The notes below the pieces were generated by a model. That model ran no database searches. It was given only the letters and a program-made list of their open reading frames with translations, and was not told the origin of the DNA. A DNA stretch of 63,340 nt, the filler included, from Aduncisulcus paluster (taxonomy: Eukaryota), in NCBI GenBank assembly GCA_024181965.1. It is 6 parts of 6 records of this genome, joined end to end, with 100 filler letters (N's around TTAATTAATTAA, not from the genome) between each part and the next. Parts side by side here need not be neighbours in the genome. Positions count along the whole stretch, not along the records: positions 38,473 to 56,672 come from BQXS01012668.1; positions 56,773 to 60,875 come from BQXS01012671.1; 4 more parts are not named here. One strand, written 5' to 3'. The translations under genes were made by a program, and so were the position numbers. Below are positions 46,101 through 57,403 of the stretch, in pieces. The stretch's first letter is position 1; each line of letters opens with the position of its first letter.

Positions 46101-46532
46101 ATTAGGATGAATGATGGTAGAATACAATAATATACAATTCTAGAAGAAATACAATTATTAATAATTTCGTTGGAGCAATATCACGAAAGAAAATTTATAA
46201 ATAAACCAAAATATTCCTGAAAATATTTATATTAAATTGAAAATGATGACAAAATGAAAATTTTCACATGGGTTTGGCTTTGAGTGGAATTCCATCAAAT
46301 TTCCTTACTTATTAACATTATTATCATAAAAAATACCAAAATATTAATTTATTTATTTGTAATCTTAACATATTTCCGAATCGAGAAATTAATTTGTAAA
46401 AGGCCATAAAAACTGAGTTATTTCAATAACGAATGGCCTTATGGTCAAAACTAGCCAACTTTCTACACCATAATTAACACAATATCAAAAAATATTAGAT
46501 ATATTTCCACAATAGAAAATCCACCATACTAA

Positions 46533-48688
46533 TCATTCAAGATCACTTGGAATGGGCATCAACAACAAGGGAGTTCTATCCCCAGTCTTATTACCACTAG
46601 ATTTCCCATAGAGAGCATATATTTTGTCTTCAAAGCGTCTCAGAAAGACAAGCCAAGCAGTCACAGTTGAGAGATATGGTCTCATTTTGGGGTTAGCATT
46701 CGTCATCTTTCCAGCAATAAATAAAAGACATAAACAAATAAATTTCTCCATTTCTCGATGTTTTGAAGAACATTCATCGCTTTTCCTGACTTCTTTTGTA
46801 CTTTTTGGAGAGGGTTTGTCAACAACGATTGATGAGTTTTTAATTGATGGATCAAAACTTTGTGTGTACTTTAAAAGAGAGAAATCTCCATTATTTGGAC
46901 CAATTAAGGGTTCTTTAGCGCTCCCATGAGACGTATCATACGGATGATCCGTTTCCATTTTTTTCTCAGATATTTGACCATCCCCTATTTTAGATTCCTG
47001 AGAAACATTCAAAAGGTCGATAAGGGTAATAAAATCCGCCCGAAATAATTTAGAAAATAATATTTTCCATTTAATTGCACGCCTTTCCAATAATTTTGAA
47101 GAAGAAGAATGTGACATGTGGATAATTTCATTCATCACCCTTTTAAAATATTGCCCAGAGCTTTCGATAGGAAGTATTTTAGTCTGAATGAACTGAACAA
47201 AGTGTTTAGATGTTATTGATGTTTCTTGATCTCCATGAAAAGAACTCTTAAAGCCATCAGAATCGGATAACCATGAATCAAGACCTAAAAACTTGAACAA
47301 AACCTCGAGAAAACAAACACCAAGAGAATAGACATCACTTTTACATGTAATTGCAGAAAAATCATACATAATCTTCCTCTTTTCATCGCATTCTTTTCCA
47401 CTTGGATTGGTTGATCTTAGTTCCGGTTGTTGAGATTCTGAATCTAATTTAAGACCAGTGCCAGAAATAGGATTGAGAAGGATATCAATAATCTGAGGAG
47501 AACAGTAATCGATTGTCAGAGTCGGATTAGATACCAAAATTCTATCACTTTTTTTGGACCTTTTGCTGAGTTCATCCCCAGAGTCTTGAAGACAAAGGAA
47601 AGCGCTCTCAAAATCAATACAATACATCGTTATTGGATAATGAATAGGACGAGAAGAAGAGGAGGAGGAAGAAGAAGAGGATGAGGAAGAGGAAGAAGAA
47701 GAAGAGGAAAAAGACTGTTGAGTGTCATCGCAAAAGGAACAAAAACAGAGGTTTCCTTTCCATTTCTTCTCCTTTTTTATATTAAATGAGTTCCAATAAC
47801 CATTCAAAATACACGGCAAATGCTGACATTTCTTCTTCTTNNNNNNNNNNNNNNNNNNNNGGAAGAAGAAGAGGATGGGGAAGAGGAAGAATAAGAAGAG
47901 GAAAAAGACTGTTGAGTGTCATCGCAAAAGGAACAAAAACAGAGGTTTCCTTTCCATTTCTTCTCCTTTTTTATATTAAATGAGTTCCAATAACCATTCA
48001 AAATACACGGCAAATGCTGACATTTCTTCTTCTTTCTCATCCTTCTTTTTAGCACCAAACTTCCATGTTCAGGAGAGATAACGGCACCATCTTCTTCAGA
48101 AACGATACGTTCCTTAACATACACGAAGTTACTAAGCTTTACATCACAGTGAACACACCCTGAAGCATGCAGAGAGTGTAGGCACACTGAAAGGGAGCAG
48201 AATATATCTATGATTTTAAAGAGAGAAAGAGTTGAAGAGGATTTCATAAGACTGGAAAATACATCAACTCCACGGTAAGACGTTGAAATTCCGGCAATAA
48301 TATGAAATTTAAAGGATTTTGATGACACAGGATCATATAGATTTACAGCCTGATTTACAATTAAAAATGGCTTTGGTACGAATGCACGATGGGCGTATAA
48401 ATGAAGATGAAAGATGTATTCTCTTAAAATAAACAGTAGAGATGCCTTTTCATCAGAGTTTGAGAGAGGATCAGAAACAGAGGAATGGGATGGTAATTTT
48501 CGAAATAAAGAATGGGGTACTTTAATAATATGTGGCGGAAATTCATTTGTAACTCCAGTCTCAACATTTGTGACCGATTTAGCTGACAAAATAAACGAAA
48601 ATCCAGTTCTTTGTGAAATAATACAATTTAAGACAGCTTTATCATTAAATTTACATTTAAATTGACCGTTTTGATTATAGCAATCCAT
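46533..48688 (-). CDS. Divergent Ser/Thr kinase with large inserts; split by assembly duplication at N gap 47841-47860
   Basis: HIIKVP, LREY, VHCDVKLSNF, IDFES, TIDYCSPQ, KSDVYSLG, MTNANPKMRP; no clear Gly-rich loop. Confidence 0.85.
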
Positions 48689-48899
48689 TATTCATCCTTA
48701 GTGTTGTCAAATTCACTGTATCTCGATTTGAGATCAACAAAGTCTCGAATTCAATGATAAACAATACAATATTGATTTTATTAAACTCACAAATAAAGAA
48801 AAACGTTGAAAATATAATTCCAAGGAAGTCAAATGGGACGAAACGTCAAAGAAAAAATCGTTTCAAATATAAAACAATAAAATAAAAAATGGCGAAAGA

Positions 48900-50300
48900 T
48901 TATGAATAATCAACAAGAACTTTGGTTTTTAGCTCCAACTTAGAAATTGTTGCCCTCATTTTCGTTATCCGCCAATCGAACCTCTCTTGTTTTTTCATAT
49001 CCCTTCTCTTGGCCAATTTAATGACTCTTTCTCTCTTGACACGTAAATTATCGATCTTTTTCTTCACATTCTTGATCTTTAAGACCTTTCTCTTGGTAAT
49101 TTTCTGCCTGGCACGGTCAGCACCAACGTTCCAGTCTATCAACACAGGAGACATTGCAAATGATATTCCAATAGTGAATAATGCCAGGGGAATGTAGCAT
49201 AAAGCAGTGCGTTTGACGTATACATACACAGCTGAAAGGAGACCAAAGGCACAGATTGACAGCATGAAGAAGCTTGGTATGAGAGGCAATAAAACACGTC
49301 CGGGGTGTGGATAAGTGACTCTTGATATCATTAGAACGGATATTCCAAGAGATATGACACCCTTTATGATATCACAGAGAAGATCCAGTTGAGAAACATC
49401 GGACAGAAAGGGGAATATTTCACAGAGAATATCATGGGACAAAAGACTGGAAGATGAACCCACAACGAGAGCACCAGCGGGAGAAGGAAGACCACTGAAC
49501 ACACAAACGCCTCCAACCTGACCCAGCTTCCTTTTTTCGATAACAAATCGAATTAATCTTCCAAACACACAAATAGAGTAAAAAATGGCAAATGAAATTC
49601 CAATGATCGTATTTTTAAAGCTCAAACCATTCATAAGACCAATACAAAGCCCAAAAGAAGTGGCATCCGCAACATCATCGAAAAGCTCTCCTTGTGGGGT
49701 ACTTCCGAACTTTTCAGCAGCCCTCCCATCAAACAGATCAAATATTTGTCCGAGAAAGACAAGAAGAAGAGAATGGGAATGTGGGTGCCCACGTAAAAGC
49801 GAAATAATACCAATTATACCACACGCCATATTCATACAAGAAATACAATTTGCATACCAAATATATGGTATAAGAGGGAATAAAAATGCAAATAATTCAA
49901 TAAAAATCATAAGGGATAAGAGGGGTTGGGAAAAGTGGCGAACGAAAATCGTATCAGTGGCAATATTTACGATACACATAAGAATAGCAGTAATACCCAT
50001 AATATCATTAATCCGAGCGAAATTTTTCGTATTGGCACCCTTTTTAATTAACTGAGAATAGTTAAGGGAATGAGAGTGGAAAAACTCATGGATAAATTCC
50101 AATAATATAAAAGATAATGTCGATAATGGCGGTAACAAAGTTGTAGATTCTCCAATATTAAAAAATTGATTCCTAGAAGATGCAGAATTGTACGATATAT
50201 TCTTTGGAATGACAGGAATGAAAGAAAAGAGCAAAAGAATAATATTATATGAAAATAAATGATTCGCCATATAGCGAGAAGATTTAGCTTGATCTAACAT
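48900..50300 (-). CDS. CDP-alcohol phosphatidyltransferase, PssA/Cho1-like (putative phosphatidylserine synthase)
   Basis: ANCISCMN, DLFDGRAAEKFGSTPQGELFDDVADATSFG (DxxDGxxA..GxxxDxxxD), FSGLPSPAGA, LMIS. Substrate is inferred. Confidence 0.85.
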   Translation of the reverse strand: MLDQAKSSRYMANHLFSYNIILLLFSFIPVIPKNISYNSASSRNQFFNIGESTTLLPPLSTLSFILLEFIHEFFHSHSLNYSQLIKKGANTKNFARINDIMGITAILMCIVNIATDTIFVRHFSQPLLSLMIFIELFAFLFPLIPYIWYANCISCMNMACGIIGIISLLRGHPHSHSLLLVFLGQIFDLFDGRAAEKFGSTPQGELFDDVADATSFGLCIGLMNGLSFKNTIIGISFAIFYSICVFGRLIRFVIEKRKLGQVGGVCVFSGLPSPAGALVVGSSSSLLSHDILCEIFPFLSDVSQLDLLCDIIKGVISLGISVLMISRVTYPHPGRVLLPLIPSFFMLSICAFGLLSAVYVYVKRTALCYIPLALFTIGISFAMSPVLIDWNVGADRARQKITKRKVLKIKNVKKKIDNLRVKRERVIKLAKRRDMKKQERFDWRITKMRATISKLELKTKVLVDYS

Positions 50301-50689
50301 TGTGGTCTTTTGTCAAAGTAAGCAAGAAAGTCAAAATGATTTCTATCCAGATACAATGCTGCAACAATTTATTATCAGCATAGAATAAGTTCAACTTCAT
50401 CTTTTTAATCCATTAACAATATTTATTTAGCTCAATATTGATTAACTACCACAAGTCTGCAGTGACCTCAAAAATGCACCAGCAAAACTATTTGAGAATG
50501 AACAGAACAATAATGAGCAAGAATGACCAACAATTAGATCAAAAGGTACTAATAAATTCGATAATACTAACCATATTCTCTGGAAAAAGGAAAAATATAA
50601 AAAAACGAAATGACATAAAAAAGAATAAAAAAAGAACGAATGAAATGTAATTATCATTAGAGAAAAACCCCAAAAATATACCATAATAA

Positions 50690-51850
50690 TCACATTCCCT
50701 TCTCTTTCCCCCTCGAACAATCGGAAAGGTCCTTGTGCTTGTTTCTTTTCCTCCAAGCAAAAGAAACGTATTTTAACCTCTGCAAAATATTTTTCGGACA
50801 ACCTAACCATTTTTTAACACTTAAATCGAATACAAGTTCTGCAGTTTCCCCTATTTTCGTGGGATTAGTATCATAATAGAATCTCATCAACAGTTCAAGT
50901 GTCTTGGCTTGCATGACTTTTTCATTAGAAACATCGACAACCTTTTCCCATTCCTCCATTCCCTCTTCTTCAAGAATTCTCAGAGAAAAGATCTCTTGCA
51001 ATGCTAAATAAACCTTCACACCAACCGCATGGAATCGGCCACTAACACCACCTTCTTTTGTCCCTGGACTTCTATTCTTGAGTCTATCGCCAATTAATTT
51101 TGAAGAGAGGCCCTGTATTTGAGCGATTTTAACCAAATCCTTGCGGAAATCCTCGGTCTTTTCTTCGCCTATTGAATGAGTAAATAAAGATGCAATGATC
51201 CAATCGGGAAAAAGTCTGATTGATTCCCTCTTTTTCATTCGTGGATTTTCAAACTTTTTGCTCTTCCCATGTTTTTCTTTCTTCAAATGGACATGACAAT
51301 CCACTTCTTTGGTACCGTCGTCAAGTTCAGACCCTATATCTCTCTCTTTCTTACCATCACCTTCCTCTTCCTCTTCTTTTTCTCTTCGATGTCCGATAGA
51401 GGGGTCATTCATGTAGCAAATTGAATGGGATGTGTCTATCAATGGCGTCTGCATAAAATATGGAGATCCATGGGATTCGATGGATCTCAAGTGATGCGAT
51501 TCAGGCAATTGTGAATGGGGATATGTTGAAACAATGTGTTCGCGAGTTGTGGAATATGAGGATGGACTTGATGGGCCTTCAATACCTCGCGGATAAGATG
51601 ATTGACATTTTGCATCCTCCTCTTTCTCTGTTGACATGGATGGATAATTCAAGCCACGTAAATATCCAGATGGATTGCTATAGCCAGGATATCTCATCCC
51701 TTGCAAATCATCACTCGGGATTCTGGGCTCACGATGTGAAAATAGCTCATCAGTGGAAGAAGAAACAGAGCTGGATGGAGTAATACGTTGAGCGGGTTGC
51801 TCTCCGATTATATCACGGACATCTGATCTTGACGGTGTTGATTTATCCAT
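50690..51850 (-). CDS. Uncharacterised protein: disordered N-half, basic patch, helical C-half
   Basis: 386-aa ORF with ATG. The 5' end is duplicated at 52112-52442 around N gap 52092-52111 (artefact). Confidence 0.75.
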   Translation of the reverse strand: MDKSTPSRSDVRDIIGEQPAQRITPSSSVSSSTDELFSHREPRIPSDDLQGMRYPGYSNPSGYLRGLNYPSMSTEKEEDAKCQSSYPRGIEGPSSPSSYSTTREHIVSTYPHSQLPESHHLRSIESHGSPYFMQTPLIDTSHSICYMNDPSIGHRREKEEEEEGDGKKERDIGSELDDGTKEVDCHVHLKKEKHGKSKKFENPRMKKRESIRLFPDWIIASLFTHSIGEEKTEDFRKDLVKIAQIQGLSSKLIGDRLKNRSPGTKEGGVSGRFHAVGVKVYLALQEIFSLRILEEEGMEEWEKVVDVSNEKVMQAKTLELLMRFYYDTNPTKIGETAELVFDLSVKKWLGCPKNILQRLKYVSFAWRKRNKHKDLSDCSRGKEKGM

Positions 51851-53208
51851 CTAAAGTTCGAACAATAAGCGAAAATAATAGTCTCTCAAAACGGATACAC
51901 ACAAAATCCAATCCATATGGTTTTGGGGACACCCCCTGAAAAGCAAAAGGGGATGCCCCAAAATGATCGAATAATGAATAAAAATCAAACCATAATAAAA
52001 TTACATTCGTTTTGAAAAAAGTTCATCACATAATTTGTTACAAAAAAATTAGGGAGTCCACCGTTCACAACTCCAACTTCCATCAAAATCANNNNNNNNN
52101 NNNNNNNNNNNAGAAACAGAGCTGGATGGAGTAATACGTTGAGCGGGTTGCTCTCCGATTATATCACGGACATCTGATCTTGACGGTGTTGATTTATCCA
52201 TCTAAAGTTCGAACAATAAGCGAAAATAATAGTCTCTCAAAACGGATACACACAAAATCCAATCCATATGGTTTTGGGGACACCCCCTGAAAAGCAAAAG
52301 GGGATGCCCCAAAATGATCGAATAATGAATAAAAATCAAACCATAATAAAATTACATTCGTTTTGAAAAAAGTTCATCACATAATTTGTTACAAAAAAAT
52401 TAGGGAGTCCACCGTTCACAACTCCAACTTCCATCAAAATCAATTTTTTCTTGCCGCATTTTGTAATACTACATTATACAATACCAAATAACCCAAGAAA
52501 ATATCGAATTTGAAACAATGAAATGCAGGAAAAGACATAAAAAATATATCAGACAAAAAACTATTAAAATATAATAGAAACAGATTTTGAATCAAAATAT
52601 CACACATAAATCAAGAATTATGGCATGAATTGCATGTACATCAGAAAATATCTTGCTTACTCGTAAAATGAGGTCCCGATGTATATCATTAAAACACAGC
52701 AAAAAAGTAATTTCAATAACGATATTGAGACATTAAAGATGTTAATTCCACAATGAAATGGTTTCTTTTTATATTTCTATTCTTAGTCAAACAAAATTAA
52801 GTTTTTTTCGATAGCTCTTGAATAATACTGGAAATAGTATGGTAATTCATGAAAATATGTTTTAAAGTATTATTATTATAAAAATATTTCCTTTATTTGG
52901 AGAATAAGCTTGTCAATTTGTTGGAAGCAAAGTTCATTTCTTTTGGCTCAAATGAGTTTTTTTTAAAAAAAATGAGGCACATACTGACATTTCTCAAACA
53001 TATTCTTATTTGTTGAAATGAATTTTGCCTTCTTATTACCTTAAATAAGGCAAAACAAACTGACTCTGTTACTCGGAGTATTTTGATCCACTTTGTCAAC
53101 GTGTGAGACACTTGAAATGTCGACAATGATTATATAAAAGGTCAAAATACCCCGATAATACCTCTTAAATCAGGGCCAAACGTGGTTATTCCTCCCCCAA
53201 TGATTATT

Positions 53209-56200
53209 TTAAACTAATAAGTCAGGAGGCTGTGCATCCAGCATTGTATATCCAATTCCACATTGAGAATCCACTTCTTCTGCTTCTTCCCCGTACCTTT
53301 TATACCCATATAGTATCTCATTGCTCCCATATGTTCTCAAATCAGGAGGAGTATCTTTTTTAAGCCTTTTCTTCCGCTTGCAATATGTTATAATGAGAAT
53401 TATGACGAATACGAGACATAACCCGGCGAATAATAAAGCAAATAGTTCGCCACTAGTAATTCCTGATTTTGATGACGAGTCCTTCTCTTGAGTGTTATCG
53501 GACTCTTCTTCTTCCAAAATTTGTGAGGAGACATCATCTTCGACTTTCTCAAAAGAAGAATCGGACATACTTTCAATACCATGAATGTCCCCGATATTAT
53601 CACCATTGGCTGCATTATTCCCAGGATTCTCTTCTTCACCTTGCTCTCCTCCTCTTTGTGGATCATTATCCTCATTTTCTGTGATATAAGAATTATTATC
53701 CTTTACCTCAACAAATTTGGTCCCATATAGATTTGGAAGATGTCCAAAATCCATAGAAAAAGAGGAAGAAACAATAACATACTCTCCAGCACTCTTTGTG
53801 GTTGAGCTAAAAATAGATCTCCTATAATTAGAACCTGTAGAAAAGGAGCCATTATAATTGAAATTATTACCGTATATCACAGATCCAGAATTATTTCCCC
53901 CATTCTCCTCCTCATTTTCTTTTTCTAATGAAATTGGAACCGCGACTACCCTCCAAACTCTCTCACTGATTAAATTAGAACAAACATAGAACAATTGCGG
54001 ATCATCATTGCTTAAGTCAACGCAATTCTCTTGATCGAAATGGCTGAGAAAGTCTTTCTTATTCACAAAAGGTTCGAGATCGATGGATCCCGATCCAGAA
54101 ACATCTGATCCTATTTTGAGAACACCTCCGCTCAATTCATCGACTTTCCTCATATCTGCTATGTGTGGAATATGCGGCGGAAGGAGATATATATTGTATA
54201 AAATATTATCATTCAGAACATATTTAATTAAATAATCGTTATCGTTATCGTTATCGTTATCGCCATCATTAGTATCATAACTCTCGTCAATATTTTGACC
54301 ATTTTCTATTATATTCACATTATTATTATTATCGTCGTTATTATGATTTAGATTGATATTTGTTGTTATATTATTTCTATTTATATCCTCGTTTTGAGAA
54401 ACATGCTGATTCTGAGCGGAATTACTATCGTCATCTTTCATTTTGAATAATTTGGCGAATGGAATGTCGAAACATCCAGCTTGGAAATAACCAAAAACAC
54501 TCACACTCGCAGAAGAAAGATCAAAAGAGAGAGAAGAAGCCAGCGGAGAGGAGAAAGTGAGGTAAAATACTTCATCATCACTCTCGGATAACACATCAGA
54601 AAGAGAATAAAAGTGGAGAGGAGTTCCAAAAATAGATGCCGATAGTGAGAAACTATCCGCTGTCAAATATGTTGATGGATCTTTCCTTCCAATAGGCATG
54701 ATATGATCACCCAGAATGGGATTGAGTGGAGAAGAAGAGGTAGAAAGAGACGAAGGAATGATCAAACTGGCCAAAAGCTGGTCAATTCCATCCATAACGC
54801 CAGAAACATTGACTCCAACCTTGATATATTCAGCAATAAATCGAGAATTGGCCGACGGAGATCCAGATACACGGAGAGAAAAGGGAATAGCAAGGACTCC
54901 AAGATTCGTATTCCATGATATTGGCTTGGATATATCAATTCCGGGTGTAAGAGCAGCATGTAGAACGTTGGGATCTGTTTTATAGTACATAGTATGGGGA
55001 TCAAGGGACGGAATGCGTCCATGTCGGACAAGTCCTGACAATCGTGTGAGCGAAGGGACATGAAGCAGTCCATAGCCATAGTTTCTATTATGATAGGCAC
55101 CATTTGGCCTGAGTCTCCAGAAATATCCTTGATCGTCAACCCCCAGGAGGTACTGCTTGGAGATAGGAGGGTGATCATCAGAGATAGGAATATCCATCTC
55201 ACTTGGAGTTCCCAGATTGGCAAGTAATCTCTCCCTTTTTACGTGTTTTTCAGAGGTTTCATCCGAAAAATAAGGATCAATAACTTGGGCAGAGCTCTGT
55301 AGGACATACAGGACTTCCCTATAGTCGAGCGAAGGATTCTGTTCGAGAAGAAGAGCCATGCTCCCTGCTACAATCGGAGTTGCCCCGGATGTCCCTCCGA
55401 ATGAATTAGTACACCCAGAAGCACCAGATGTGGTTGTGAGGGCGACCACTTTCCCATCTGACGTATATCCATTACTGGGAGCAGCAATAAACACAGCAGA
55501 ACCAGGGTTTGAATAGGGAGCCACGATACCTTGGATACTCACTGCAGCAACATGTGGAGCATATGGGAATAACGAGGAATATAGATTCGAATCACCTCCG
55601 AACTTTCTCTCATTGCCTGAAGCAAAGACATATATACTCCCTTTCCCACCACGCCCATTCCTAAGACACATATCTACTGCATTTGACCACTGTGGGAAAG
55701 TAATTTGACTCTCACACAGAGAACCAGAGCAAGTACTTGACCCCCACGAGTTGCTGAAGATATCGACTTCATTACACGAGTCCTTAAGTGAATTTGCAAT
55801 ATTACCAACGGTTGTACCGGGAGCAATGGCTCTACGACCGCTGATAGAGGCCTCAGGAGCAACACCAACCCCACAGATCCCTGTGTTCCCTCGAGAGGCA
55901 ACCAAACCAGCACAGCTCGTACCGTGTGATGTTCTTCCCATGGGTGTTGGGTTATCCTTGTTAATATTTGATGTTGGAATGTCGATATAATTTCGACTAA
56001 GGGCAGGATAATAATTCATAATTAGATCTGGGTGATCACAATGCAGTCCATCGTCAACAATCACAACTTTTACACCATTTCCATAACCATTTGTTTCTTC
56101 CCAAGAGATATTGGTGTATGTTGACACATGATTGGTTTCATAATCTTCAACGGGATGTAAATGCCACTGTCGAGGATATAATGGATCAGAAAACCGATAA

Positions 56201-56376
56201 TCTGGCGAGACAACATTAAATGTATCGAGTTCATACAATATATCATGCGGATCAATCTTTAGCGACGATATGACAGAGGAGTCGGTACCAACTTCATTTT
56301 CGAGAATAAACGACGCTTGAGTTTTCAAAATGAAAAATATTATGAAAAAAAGAAAATTTATCAACAGAGATGTCAT
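53209..56376 (-). CDS. Kexin/furin-like proprotein convertase (subtilase S8B), type I membrane protein
   Basis: Signal peptide; DPLYPRQWHL; catalytic VVIVDDG, HGTSCAG, FASGN, GTSGATP; YGYGLL; single TM and cytosolic tail with Tyr motifs and terminal DLLV. Confidence 0.95.
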   Translation of the reverse strand: MTSLLINFLFFIIFFILKTQASFILENEVGTDSSVISSLKIDPHDILYELDTFNVVSPDYRFSDPLYPRQWHLHPVEDYETNHVSTYTNISWEETNGYGNGVKVVIVDDGLHCDHPDLIMNYYPALSRNYIDIPTSNINKDNPTPMGRTSHGTSCAGLVASRGNTGICGVGVAPEASISGRRAIAPGTTVGNIANSLKDSCNEVDIFSNSWGSSTCSGSLCESQITFPQWSNAVDMCLRNGRGGKGSIYVFASGNERKFGGDSNLYSSLFPYAPHVAAVSIQGIVAPYSNPGSAVFIAAPSNGYTSDGKVVALTTTSGASGCTNSFGGTSGATPIVAGSMALLLEQNPSLDYREVLYVLQSSAQVIDPYFSDETSEKHVKRERLLANLGTPSEMDIPISDDHPPISKQYLLGVDDQGYFWRLRPNGAYHNRNYGYGLLHVPSLTRLSGLVRHGRIPSLDPHTMYYKTDPNVLHAALTPGIDISKPISWNTNLGVLAIPFSLRVSGSPSANSRFIAEYIKVGVNVSGVMDGIDQLLASLIIPSSLSTSSSPLNPILGDHIMPIGRKDPSTYLTADSFSLSASIFGTPLHFYSLSDVLSESDDEVFYLTFSSPLASSLSFDLSSASVSVFGYFQAGCFDIPFAKLFKMKDDDSNSAQNQHVSQNEDINRNNITTNINLNHNNDDNNNNVNIIENGQNIDESYDTNDGDNDNDNDNDYLIKYVLNDNILYNIYLLPPHIPHIADMRKVDELSGGVLKIGSDVSGSGSIDLEPFVNKKDFLSHFDQENCVDLSNDDPQLFYVCSNLISERVWRVVAVPISLEKENEEENGGNNSGSVIYGNNFNYNGSFSTGSNYRRSIFSSTTKSAGEYVIVSSSFSMDFGHLPNLYGTKFVEVKDNNSYITENEDNDPQRGGEQGEEENPGNNAANGDNIGDIHGIESMSDSSFEKVEDDVSSQILEEEESDNTQEKDSSSKSGITSGELFALLFAGLCLVFVIILIITYCKRKKRLKKDTPPDLRTYGSNEILYGYKRYGEEAEEVDSQCGIGYTMLDAQPPDLLV

Positions 56377-56672
56377 TGTTATATCCTAAAATGAAAAGAG
56401 AGAGCGAATATATGTGCTGAATAATAGCTTGGTAAAAAATATCAAGATAATACAAAAATAACTAAATTGCAATTGAAACAAAGAAATATATGAAAATAAT
56501 GAATTTTCTAAATAAAAATTCAAATGGATTCACTTGACAAACAGTGATAATGGAAATGATTGTAATCTTCGCAGGACATCGTAGGAATGTACTTTCACAA
56601 ATTAGCAGTGACCAACAAACAAAAAAAAATCAAAGACACATTTGATCCAAATTAATAATGAATTATGTCAAC

Positions 56673-56772
56673 NNNNNNNNNNNNNNNNNNNNNNNNNNNN
56701 NNNNNNNNNNNNNNNNTTAATTAATTAANNNNNNNNNNNNNNNNNNNNNNNNNNNNNNNNNNNNNNNNNNNN
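56673..56772. other. Artificial scaffold-join spacer
   Basis: N-TTAATTAATTAA-N, 100 nt. Confidence 0.97.
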
Positions 56773-56867
56773 CTTTTTCAATGGTAATGGCAATTTGAAA
56801 GAGATGGAAGGGTCCCTTCGACGAATCATATCACAATTCTGTCTTTATCTCTGAGTACAATAACCCT

Positions 56868-57400
56868 TCAAACCGGGCTTCCGTCGAATTTTCCTCTTTC
56901 TCCGTATAGTAATTGAAAACCTGGTGCTTCACACATGTGGCATGGAGCGAGGCCGCCACACGCCGTCCCAGCCATAGCAGCGCGTTGGGGCGAATCGGCC
57001 ACCAGACAAGCTATATCTCCAACCATTATTCCCTTCTGGAGCTTTTCCATATCATGAATGAGAATTTCTGCTGCCACCTCATTTTGGTGCTTCACTCGTC
57101 TTTCGTCAATCATGGCGATCTCCATGATGTTCGAATCATCCGACCATTTATCAGCCTGAAGGTATCCAGGAATGGCTTTTATACATAAATGTCGAACAAG
57201 GCTTGAACCCATAGAGGATTCTCGCCTGAGTAGAAAACAACTCCTTTAAATGACTCAAGAACTCTGGAGATGAGGGAGGATTATCTCTTTTCAGTGTCAA
57301 GATTGCTTCATAGATATCCGGATTGACTGGGCTTTTGGTCTCGAAAGAAGCAAAAATGACAAGTGACGAGAACAACTTGGTTAAAATTTTGAGATAGTCC
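56868..57400 (-). mobile_element. Decayed DNA-transposase fragment, CACTA/Mirage/Plavaka-like
   Basis: IACLVADSPQRAAMAG....PCHMC matches the hhxDxPxR..CxxC block of CMC-type transposases; broken frames. Confidence 0.5.
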
Positions 57401-57403
57401 TTT

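Noticed and set aside
51761..52442. Duplicated promoter and 5' end of the 50690 gene
   Set aside because: Identical copies flank an N gap; artefact.
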